This document shows, piece after piece, positions 9,513-18,010 of a DNA stretch of 64,000 nt (position 1 is the stretch's first letter; each line of letters begins with the position of its first letter). The DNA is from Escherichia coli (lineage in GTDB: Bacteria; Pseudomonadota; Gammaproteobacteria; Enterobacterales; Enterobacteriaceae). The stretch lies in assembly GCF_003790525.1 (NCBI RefSeq), contig NZ_CP033635.1, one strand, 5' to 3'. The notes beneath the pieces were generated by a model. The model saw nothing but the letters and a program-made list of their open reading frames with translations, was not told where the DNA came from and did not search any database. Made by a program: the position numbers and the translations under genes.

Positions 9513-10115
9513 TCAGAGCTGGCCTGCTACGGGATACCAGGGATTACCGGCGAGGTAACGGGCTTCCGGATCGCGCACACCACGACGATCGCGGGCGAAA
9601 TCACTGAACGCCCATATCAGCTCTTTGAGTCTCTCTTCGCAGTCCGGTGAACAACTGTCCAGCACCACATCCCGGGTTATCTGTTTCTGGTACGGTGCCG
9701 CTTCACCCGGTGAGGCGAAGCCCAGCACGTTGCTCCAGGCATCCAGAATCAGCCGATCCAGTTCAGGGCCGTCGAAATACTCCTGCCTGACGCACAGCAC
9801 CACGTGGTATTCCGGCTTTTCAGGATGACGTGTCAGGAGCCAGCAGAGGTCACGTCCGGGGGTTGCATTCATCAGGTCACTGACGGTTTCAATAAAGGCC
9901 ATACCGAACCAGGTCCTGCGGCTGCTGAAGGTATTATCGGGTTCCCACGGCAGACGAAGCAGGATACGTCGTATCCGGGAGCCGGACTGCTCACGCAGCG
10001 CACGGTCAAGAACGCCAATAACTTTGTTCTGATACGAGGGCCAGAAGGGTGCCATGCTGTCGTCGAAATAAGAGAAAGTATTCACAGGATATGCTCCGTT
10101 ATGCGCAGCCCACAA
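9513..10115 (-). CDS. YagK/YfjJ-family (inovirus Gp2-like) protein
   Basis: 200-aa ORF paralogous to 10418..11149; the only in-frame start before an upstream stop is a TTG. Confidence 0.5.
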   Translation of the reverse strand: MWAAHNGAYPVNTFSYFDDSMAPFWPSYQNKVIGVLDRALREQSGSRIRRILLRLPWEPDNTFSSRRTWFGMAFIETVSDLMNATPGRDLCWLLTRHPEKPEYHVVLCVRQEYFDGPELDRLILDAWSNVLGFASPGEAAPYQKQITRDVVLDSCSPDCEERLKELIWAFSDFARDRRGVRDPEARYLAGNPWYPVAGQL

Positions 10116-10417
10116 CGCGTCCTGCCCGGGGATGGATGGGCTGACGGGTTACAGGCTGCGGATGAGGTTGATGGAACAGGTGAAGAACCGACGCTGAGCG
10201 GGAATATCAGGGAAGAACATTCAGGGTGAATGAACTCCGTTGACTTCGGTTCACATCATTAAGCAGGGCGGTAAGGTTTTACCGACAGATTGTTTCCGGG
10301 TGCGGAAGCAGATACCGCTGCTGACTTCATGACGGGTTATCAGAATACGGGATAAGGGCATTGGCTGACTCTCTTACCGTGGCATAAGTTCAGGTACCGG
10401 ATACCGTTTTACCGACC

Positions 10418-11149
10418 TCACCTGCCATCCAGCAAACGCCCCGGCCCACGGCTGCAACCATAATTACGCTGACCGGAACCATTATGCTGCTTCGTTTTAT
10501 TTTTCACGAGATAACTGGCTCTGTTCCTGGCTTTCTGCATCGCTGCCACATCACCACGCTTGATCCAGAGAACAGCGGCTTCACCCGGCTTTTTTTCTGA
10601 AGCCTTCCTGGTATCAGAACATCCACCCGACAAAGGCGTGTCATCGGAAGAAGGGCGAGCATCAGACGATGCTGGTTTACGAAAAGGCTTCCACCTGGAA
10701 AAATGGACCAGGCCATCGCCTTGCCAGGGCTCAAGATGCAGAGCGCTGCACCATGCCTCCTGGATCATCGCCGCCAGCGAAGACGGTTCGCTGAAATCCC
10801 CGAGCGAGCACCAGGTATCTTTGTTGAGCAGCAATATCACGTGATAATGTTTCCTGTTTTCTTCCTCTCCGAACTCCCGGCACCAGAAATAACGCAGGCT
10901 GGTTGCATGCACACGCTGACTGGCACGTCGCTTATGCTGCTGGTAAGCCTGGATTTTGGCTTTCAGGGATTCGAAAAAACGAGAAATCACCGCTGAATCC
11001 GGATCGGGATCCATGATGGTGACAGGCATATACTCAGGGAAACGTAAATCCACCCGGATTAACGAGACGGCACGGTGCTGCGACAGGGCACTGTCGAGAA
11101 GGCTGTCAAAACGGGATAACCAGTAAGCATTGTGTATTGGTTGATTCAT
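10418..11149 (-). CDS. YagK/YfjJ-family (inovirus Gp2-like) protein
   Basis: 243-aa ORF with N-terminal ...AVSLIRVDLRFPEYM... motif recalled from CP4-57 YfjJ / CP4-6 YagK. Confidence 0.55.
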   Translation of the reverse strand: MNQPIHNAYWLSRFDSLLDSALSQHRAVSLIRVDLRFPEYMPVTIMDPDPDSAVISRFFESLKAKIQAYQQHKRRASQRVHATSLRYFWCREFGEEENRKHYHVILLLNKDTWCSLGDFSEPSSLAAMIQEAWCSALHLEPWQGDGLVHFSRWKPFRKPASSDARPSSDDTPLSGGCSDTRKASEKKPGEAAVLWIKRGDVAAMQKARNRASYLVKNKTKQHNGSGQRNYGCSRGPGRLLDGR

Positions 11150-11209
11150 GATGAGAGATCTCCGTTGATTTGGATTGACTTCACATCATTAATCACCGCG
11201 GTAAAACTT

Positions 11210-12720
11210 TACGGCATCATGTCATTAAGCAATGCTACAACTCTCTGATTAAGAGTGATTGAAACGGAACAAACCATCCCGGAACGAAAAGATAATCCTG
11301 CACACAGCAGCAAAACACGCAACAACAGCATGAATGGATTTAAAAACGACATGGACGACGAGAAAAGCCTGAAGGGAAAAGGATCCACAGAACATTCGAA
11401 CAAAACACCAGAAACGCAACCAGAACGCTTCCTGGCAATGCAAATCAACAACAACACCAAAACCTACAGCTTAATCACACAACTCAATCACGAATGCGAA
11501 TGACACGTTTAAAACCTGTTTACAGATAACGTCGTAACAAGATCATCCCCATCAGAATCGATTTTCTTATCTTGAGTATGTTACTTTTCAACATACCTAA
11601 ACGATTAACCACCGATAACGTAAATCTCATCTGAATCAAAACACCAAAACCAATCATCACGTTTTCGACAGAAGAAAAACACCACATCATGACAAAAAGA
11701 ATGACCTTACACGGAAAAGAAAAACGTCAGGAATCGTTAATGCATACCTCAATCTGATTGTTATCAAAACATCCAGAAAGTCGTTTAACAGAATCGTCGT
11801 AAGCACATCGAAAAGAACGTCAGATCACCTCAGGAAAGTTCGGGTTGATTTAGCGTAAAGATACTTTTCTCAGCTTAACGTCGAAACACAAACCAAAAAC
11901 CACAAACAACCAAAGCTCAGGAAAGGTTAAACGTCACATCAGTAAAATCGAATAGCAGATTGATTGCTTAAACAGGAAGGATTGTTTTACAGCAGCATTA
12001 AACTGATTTAGTTAACGTAAAATCAGAACTGACAGGTTTACTAACTTGGATGTGTATCAGTTCAAAAATGTGTACAGCAATGCGTAATGAAACACATTTA
12101 AAGGAGATTAATGGGAAAAGTGTGTAAATGCGTAAACATGCACTAATGAATCACTGAAGGAATACATACAAAACGACTTAATGAAAACATAAAAGGACCT
12201 AATGGAAAAGGTGTATATAATACCATATCCGACATTCTCAACATCTTAAGACATCCATGCAGACTGAATGTTGGTTTCAGTTTTTCACGGTAAGCATGAA
12301 TCTTTTCTGTTCAAAAGCAGAGCAGATTTACTCTGGAATTATTTTTCTTACTCCGTATTCTGTACAGCAAAAACTTGTGCTAACTTTACAGCAAACCATC
12401 ATAATCAGCGTCTGTAGTCCCATCGCTTTACCCCATGAAAGTGAATCCATATGATGCGAGAGAGATAAGTCATCGTATCCGGTAAACACTGCTAACCATA
12501 ACATAAGATCATTCAGTCAGTTTTATCTCTGAACTGACGATTATGGCATGCTCATTTATATGGCTCACAGAGGAGTGTTATTATCTGTAAGCTTTAATCA
12601 TCAAATCACATGACCATACCAAACTGGCGCTATATCAGCTCATTTGACACCCCTTCCCTTTAGATTTCTTTATGTGTTTTTTGTCGATAATTAAAATGTA
12701 ATATGAATTTAATATTTTTA
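11210..12720 (+). other. ~1.5 kb non-coding, strand-asymmetric A-rich tract
   Basis: No ORF of 60 aa or more between 11503 and 12257 in any frame; hand counts on sampled 60-nt blocks give roughly 38-45% A versus 12-23% T on the + strand. Confidence 0.6.
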
Positions 12721-12722
12721 CA

Positions 12723-13946
12723 TCATAAACACCATTTAAAACCATTATCCTGAACATCATACAACAATATATTTTTACTAAAGCATGAATTGTATATTTC
12801 TATTAATTCAGGAAAATTATCAGGATTCACCTTTAAATTCACCTGAATGTTACGCCTAATTTCACCCAGCAGTTTTTCATGCGTGAATTTTATTATTTCT
12901 TTATCATAATCTATAAATTCACACATGTTTTTTATGAATTCAAACCCTTTTCCTGTATACAGTTTGATGAATGCCACAAGAGCAAACATTTCAAGATGCA
13001 GCCATAATGCCACGTGAGTTTTTCGCAAAGTATAAAAAATTGAATTCACCTCTTTTTTACTTATTGCTCTTTTGTACTGTGAGTGTGCCAGATTCAGTAG
13101 TGGCAATTCTCTCTCGATAAATGAAAGTGAAAAAGGCGGGTAAATTGATGTCGGAAATATTTTAGGTCTTATGATATTTTCTATTTCCACCATAAATCTA
13201 TCCATAGAAAGAAAATCATTTTCTTTTTTTATTCTGGTATAGAGACCGCCTTTATTTCTTACTGCGACTTTTTTTCGTGCTACCCCCCCCAACACTTCCT
13301 CTAATTGTTTATTTATCTTCGTATCATTAAATACAACCATTCTTCTTATCATCCTGGGAAGGATGATAATATCAGAGCTTGAATCACTTGAACGGTAATT
13401 ATTATTGATCCATGCAACTTCAAGTTGAAGTATCGGAACATTAAATTCTCTGGGGTTAATAACTCTCTGATATTGTTTTTTGTATGCGTTTTTATTAAGA
13501 TATTCTCTGCTGTAGAGAAACTTATAGCAATATAATCTGACAATATCCTTTATGTAAGATTTAAATGAGTCACCTGTAACAGATATATTTTTTCTGCTCA
13601 GTAACTCCTGTGTATTGAGCCATTCCCGTGACCGGAGTACTCCCTTATGAAGACTTTTTCTTACTTGCATTGAACTGCGCAATTGATGTAATATTTTTGC
13701 GTCCTCAACAATTCTCTTTCCCGTTTGATTTCTTGCAGCATCTATTACTCTGTCAAATATCTCCCGGTCCAGACTTTTGTCATATTTACTGATTATACGA
13801 CAAATATTCCTGACCCGACGGTTCTCTTTATTTCGTTTCCATAACTGATAATGATCATCACATAACCTCAGGGCATTTGCCTCATCAAATTCTGAAACAG
13901 GATTGCTGCATTTTTTATTCCGACAGATACCTTTGTTTTTAGCCAT
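12723..13946 (-). CDS. hypothetical protein, 407 aa, very low GC, N-terminal Cys/His cluster
   Basis: Long uninterrupted ORF in a region of roughly 30% GC (hand count on sampled blocks); K/N/I-rich; N-terminus GICRNKKCSNP...LCDDHY suggests a zinc-ribbon-like motif. No family recognised. Confidence 0.6.
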   Translation of the reverse strand: MAKNKGICRNKKCSNPVSEFDEANALRLCDDHYQLWKRNKENRRVRNICRIISKYDKSLDREIFDRVIDAARNQTGKRIVEDAKILHQLRSSMQVRKSLHKGVLRSREWLNTQELLSRKNISVTGDSFKSYIKDIVRLYCYKFLYSREYLNKNAYKKQYQRVINPREFNVPILQLEVAWINNNYRSSDSSSDIIILPRMIRRMVVFNDTKINKQLEEVLGGVARKKVAVRNKGGLYTRIKKENDFLSMDRFMVEIENIIRPKIFPTSIYPPFSLSFIERELPLLNLAHSQYKRAISKKEVNSIFYTLRKTHVALWLHLEMFALVAFIKLYTGKGFEFIKNMCEFIDYDKEIIKFTHEKLLGEIRRNIQVNLKVNPDNFPELIEIYNSCFSKNILLYDVQDNGFKWCL

Positions 13947-14000
13947 ACTCTTCTTCCCGTCAATGGAAAATTTTTCACGTCCATATTACCTGACTGAGAG

Positions 14001-14021
14001 ACCGGATTAATGTGATCCGGT
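14001..14021 (+). promoter_or_regulatory. inverted repeat in the divergent intergenic region
   Basis: ACCGGAT-taatgtg-ATCCGGT perfect 7-bp arms, between the divergent 407-aa ORF and the GTPase gene. Confidence 0.3.
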
Positions 14022-14046
14022 TCAGTGAAATCAACAGGATACCGGT

Positions 14047-14931
14047 ATGTCATTCAGCCATTCTTCCCTTTCCGCACACGTAAAATCACATCTGACCTTT
14101 CTTCCTGAAGAAATACGCCAGAAAATCCTTGAATATCTTCACAGCGTCATTCAGTACGAACCCGTGATTGGCATTATGGGTAAATCCGGTGCCGGAAAAA
14201 GCAGCCTGTGCAATGCCATTTTTCAGTCCCGTGTCTGCGCCACGCATCCACTGAACGGCTGCACCCGTCAGGCTCATCGTCTTACCTTTCAGCCTGGTGA
14301 ACGCAGAATGACGCTCGTCGATCTGCCCGGCACTGGCGAAACACCACAGCATGATCAGGAATACCGGGCACTTTACCGTCAGTTACTGCCCGAACTGGAT
14401 CTGATTATCTGGATCCTGCGTGCTGATGAACGTGCGTATGCTGCCGACATCGCCATGCATCAGTTTTTACTGAATGAAGGTGCCGATCCCTCGCGTTTTC
14501 TGTTTGTTCTCAGCCATGCTGATCGCATCCACCCGGCTGAAGAATGGAACAGCCAGAGCAACACGCCATCCCGTCAGCAGGAACTCTCACTGGCAACAGT
14601 AACAGCCCGGGTGGCAACCCTGTTCCCTTCATCATTTCCGGTACTCCCCATAGCTGCCCCTGCAGGCTGGAATCTTCCGGCATTTGTGTCACTGATGATC
14701 CACGCCCTGCCACCACAGGCAACCAGCACGGTTTATTCGCATATCCGGAATGAAAAGCGCACTGCGCAGGATCAGCAACACGCACAGCAGGCTTTTGGTG
14801 ACGCCATCGGCCAGAGCTTTGACGCGGCCATTGCCCGGTTCAGCTTTCCGGCCTGGATGCTGCAGCTTCTGCGTAAAGCCCGTGATCGCATTATCCGCCT
14901 GCTGGTCACACTGTGGGATCGCCTGTTCTGA
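14047..14931 (+). CDS. YeeP/YfjP/YkfA-family GTPase (50S ribosome-binding GTPase domain)
   Basis: 294-aa ORF with P-loop GIMGKSGAGKSS and overall resemblance to K-12 prophage GTPases YfjP/YeeP. Confidence 0.85.
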   Translation: MSFSHSSLSAHVKSHLTFLPEEIRQKILEYLHSVIQYEPVIGIMGKSGAGKSSLCNAIFQSRVCATHPLNGCTRQAHRLTFQPGERRMTLVDLPGTGETPQHDQEYRALYRQLLPELDLIIWILRADERAYAADIAMHQFLLNEGADPSRFLFVLSHADRIHPAEEWNSQSNTPSRQQELSLATVTARVATLFPSSFPVLPIAAPAGWNLPAFVSLMIHALPPQATSTVYSHIRNEKRTAQDQQHAQQAFGDAIGQSFDAAIARFSFPAWMLQLLRKARDRIIRLLVTLWDRLF

Positions 14932-15116
14932 ATTTCCCCGCTTTTTGACCGGCACAGACGATGACCAGGGAACGCATTTCCGGCGGCTTTACCACAATGC
15001 TGAAGGGCTTTTGGTAAACCTCATTCATTTCATCCATCAGGCAGCGTCTTCTCCGGGAGATGCGGCTTTTTCATTGATTACGTCAGTCAGTCTTAACCAC
15101 TGATAAGGAGCAAAGT

Positions 15117-15935
15117 ATGCGATTAGCCAGTCGTTTTGGTTATGCGAACCAGATACGCCGTGACCGTCCGCTGACACATGAAGAGCTGATGCACCATGTG
15201 CCCGGGATTTTCGGGGAGGATAAGCACACCTCCCGGAGCCGGAACTATACATACATCCCCACCATCACCGTGCTGGAAAGCCTGCAACGGGAAGGCTTTC
15301 AGCCGTTCTTTGCCTGCCAGACCCGCGTGCGTGACCCGGGACGCCGGGGATACACAAAGCACATGCTGCGTCTGCGCCGTGACGGGGAGATAAACGGACA
15401 GCATGTCCCTGAAATCATCCTGCTCAACTCCCATGACGGCACCTCCAGCTACCAGATGCTGCCGGGTTACTTCCGGTTCGTGTGTCAGAACGGATGTGTC
15501 TGTGGTCAGTCTCTCGGAGAGGTGCGTGTCCCGCACCGGGGAGACGTGGTGGACAGGGTCATTGAAGGGGCTTACGAGGTGGTGGGCGTGTTTGACCGGA
15601 TAGAGGAAAAGCGTGATGCCATGCAGTCACTGATTTTACCACCACCGGCTCGTCAGGCGCTGGCACAGGCCGCCCTGACTTACCGTTATGGTGACGAACA
15701 TCAGCCCGTCACCACCGCCGACATTCTGACACCACGACGCCGGGAGGATTACGGTCAGGACCTGTGGAGTGCTTATCAGACCATCCAGGAGAATATGCTG
15801 AAAGGCGGGATTTCCGGTCGCAGTGCAAAAGGAAAACGTATCCATACCCGGGCCATTCACAGCATTGATACCGATATAAAACTCAACCGCGCATTGTGGG
15901 TGATGGCAGAAACGCTGCTGGAGAGCATGCGCTGA
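15117..15935 (+). CDS. DUF932 protein (YfjQ-like)
   Basis: 272-aa ORF closely resembling CP4-57 YfjQ (MRLASRFG...YTYIPTI...FFACQ.RVRD...). Confidence 0.85.
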   Translation: MRLASRFGYANQIRRDRPLTHEELMHHVPGIFGEDKHTSRSRNYTYIPTITVLESLQREGFQPFFACQTRVRDPGRRGYTKHMLRLRRDGEINGQHVPEIILLNSHDGTSSYQMLPGYFRFVCQNGCVCGQSLGEVRVPHRGDVVDRVIEGAYEVVGVFDRIEEKRDAMQSLILPPPARQALAQAALTYRYGDEHQPVTTADILTPRRREDYGQDLWSAYQTIQENMLKGGISGRSAKGKRIHTRAIHSIDTDIKLNRALWVMAETLLESMR

Positions 15936-16016
15936 TGCCGTTTCCCTGAGTGAGGGAATCATTCAGCTTTCGTTCCTGAAAAACACACATTTATTTGTTA
16001 TTTAAGGAGTTATCTC

Positions 16017-16457
16017 ATGAAAACCGTTTCTCAGAATACCCCCACAATTTATTCAGCTACAACACCAGAGAATAATCCGCCTCAGTTGGTTGCCAGCCTC
16101 GTCCCTGATGAACAGCGCATCAGCTTCTGGCCGCAGCATTTTGGCCTCATTCCACAGTGGGTGACCCTGGAGCCCCGTGTCTTCGGCTGGATGGACCGTC
16201 TGTGCGAAGACTACTGCGGTGGTATCTGGAATCTGTACACCCTGAACAACGGCGGCGCATTTATGGCCCCCGAACCGGATGATGATGATGACGAAACATG
16301 GGTACTGTTCAATGCCATGAACGGTAACCGCGCTGAAATGAGCCCGGAAGCCGCCGGCATTGCTGCCTGTCTGATGACGTACAGTCATCATGCCTGTCGT
16401 ACGGAGTGTTATGCCATGACGGTTCATTATTACCGTCTGCGGGATTACGCCCTGTAG
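16017..16457 (+). CDS. antirestriction protein (YfjX/KlcA/ArdB-like)
   Basis: 146-aa ORF with the conserved FWPQHFGLIPQW...GWMDRLCEDYCGGIW motif block. Confidence 0.8.
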   Translation: MKTVSQNTPTIYSATTPENNPPQLVASLVPDEQRISFWPQHFGLIPQWVTLEPRVFGWMDRLCEDYCGGIWNLYTLNNGGAFMAPEPDDDDDETWVLFNAMNGNRAEMSPEAAGIAACLMTYSHHACRTECYAMTVHYYRLRDYAL

Positions 16458-16511
16458 CATCCGGAATGCAGCGCCATTATGCGCATCATTGACTGAAAGG
16501 GGGCCGGAACA

Positions 16512-16988
16512 ATGCAACAGATTTCCTTTCTGCCCGGAGAAATGACAACCAGAGAGCGCAGCCTCATTCAGCGGGCCCTGAAAGCCCTGGACCGCCATCT
16601 TCATGAACCCGGCGTGGCCTTCACCTCCACCCGTGCGGCACGGGAATGGCTGATTCTGAACATGGCGGGACTGGAGCGGGAAGAGTTCCGGGTGCTGTAC
16701 CTGAACAACCAGAATCAGCTGATTGCCGGTGAAACCCTCTTCACCGGCACCATCAACCGCACGGAAGTCCATCCCCGGGAGGTGGTTAAACGCGCCCTGT
16801 ACCACAATGCCGCTGCCGTGGTGCTGGCACACAATCATCCGTCCGGTGAAGTCACACCCGGTAAGGCAGACCGGCTTATCACTGAACGTCTGGTACAGGC
16901 ACTGGCCCTGGTGGATATCCGGGTGCCGGACCATCTGATAATCGGTGGCAGCCGGGTGTTCTCCTTTGCCGAACACGGTCTGCTTTAA
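16512..16988 (+). CDS. RadC-like JAB-domain protein (YeeS/YfjY/YkfG-like)
   Basis: 158-aa ORF with JAMM motif HNHPSG...; typical island position after the antirestriction gene. Confidence 0.85.
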   Translation: MQQISFLPGEMTTRERSLIQRALKALDRHLHEPGVAFTSTRAAREWLILNMAGLEREEFRVLYLNNQNQLIAGETLFTGTINRTEVHPREVVKRALYHNAAAVVLAHNHPSGEVTPGKADRLITERLVQALALVDIRVPDHLIIGGSRVFSFAEHGLL

Positions 16989-17077
16989 TCCGTCACCGTC
17001 ACAACCACCTTCATATTGTCACTTCAGTTTCTCTTTCTCAGCTGTTTCTCACTTTCACATTCAGGAGGACTGTTCTC

Positions 17078-17299
17078 ATGAAAATCGTCACCCGTGGTGA
17101 AGCCATGCGCGTTCACCGTCAGTATCCGTCATCCCGTCTTTTTCCGTTCTGCACCGGTAAGTACCGCTGGCACGGCGGCACTGAGGCGTATACCGGTCGT
17201 GAAGTGCAGGATATCCCCGGCGTACTGGCCGTGTTTGCCGAACGCCGCAAGGACAGTTTTGGCCCGTATGTCCGGCTGATGAGCGTCACCCTGAACTGA
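17078..17299 (+). CDS. DUF987 protein (YeeT/YkfH-like)
   Basis: 73-aa ORF MKIVTRGEAMRVHRQ...; size and position match DUF987 genes of CP4-type islands. Confidence 0.7.
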   Translation: MKIVTRGEAMRVHRQYPSSRLFPFCTGKYRWHGGTEAYTGREVQDIPGVLAVFAERRKDSFGPYVRLMSVTLN

Positions 17300-17303
17300 G
17301 TCA

Positions 17304-17960
17304 GTGGAGATGCTGATGAGCAGCATTATCACCACCACCGTGTATACGCTGAATGAACTTTCCGCCACAGCACGGGAAAAAGCCCGCGGCTGGTACCGTC
17401 AGCATCATGCTGACAGCCGCTGGTATGAAAACGTGTATGAGGACTTCAGGGCGGTCTGTGAGATTGTCGGGATTGTCCTCCGCCAGCGTGTTATCCGGCT
17501 CAGCAGCGGCAGGTTTATGGAAGAGCCGTGCATCTGGTTCAGCGGATTCTGCAGCCAGGGGGACGGAGCCTGTTTTGAAGGGCGCTGGCACTGGCAGCCG
17601 GCAACAGCCAGGCGAGTCCGGGAATATGCCCCGCAGGACCGTGAGCTTCATCGTATCACGGATGCCCTGCAGGCGGTGCAGAAGCATAACTTCCGGCAGT
17701 TACAGGCTGAAATCCGTCACCGGGGACGCTACTGCCATCCGTACAGCATGGATATCACCGTCACCCGGGACAGCCCGACCGGACAGGCAATGACAGCCGG
17801 CGCGGAAACCGTTGTCTGTGACGCCCTGCGGGACCTGGCCTTCTGGTTATACAGTCAACTGGAAAACGAGTACGACTGGCTGACCTCAGATGACGCCGTG
17901 GATGAGGCGCTTCTCATCAACGGATACACCTTCACCGAAGCCGGTCTGCGCGCCGGCTGA
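17304..17960 (+). CDS. hypothetical protein, 218 aa, unrecognised family
   Basis: ORF starts 5 nt after the DUF987 stop and lies between DUF987 and the CbeA-like antitoxin; Cys/Trp/His-rich (CIWFSGFCSQGDGACFEGRWHW). Confidence 0.5.
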   Translation: MEMLMSSIITTTVYTLNELSATAREKARGWYRQHHADSRWYENVYEDFRAVCEIVGIVLRQRVIRLSSGRFMEEPCIWFSGFCSQGDGACFEGRWHWQPATARRVREYAPQDRELHRITDALQAVQKHNFRQLQAEIRHRGRYCHPYSMDITVTRDSPTGQAMTAGAETVVCDALRDLAFWLYSQLENEYDWLTSDDAVDEALLINGYTFTEAGLRAG

Positions 17961-18010
17961 CCCGTCATTGTTAAAACCATTCTTAACCGATTATCAGTGA
18001 GGACTTTATC

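Noticed and set aside
11255-11503. 82-aa hydrophilic low-complexity ORF (MIETEQTIPERKDNPAHSSKTRNN...) at the start of the A-rich tract
   Set aside because: Its K/N/T/Q/E-rich composition is what the A/C-rich DNA produces in any frame; no SD or family signature. Noted as possible but not called as a gene.
11500-12700. Possible CRISPR array or type III toxin-antitoxin tandem RNA repeats in the non-coding tract
   Set aside because: No regularly spaced direct repeats of 25-40 nt with unique spacers and no adjacent cas or toxN-like gene; only weak degenerate repeats (reported separately).
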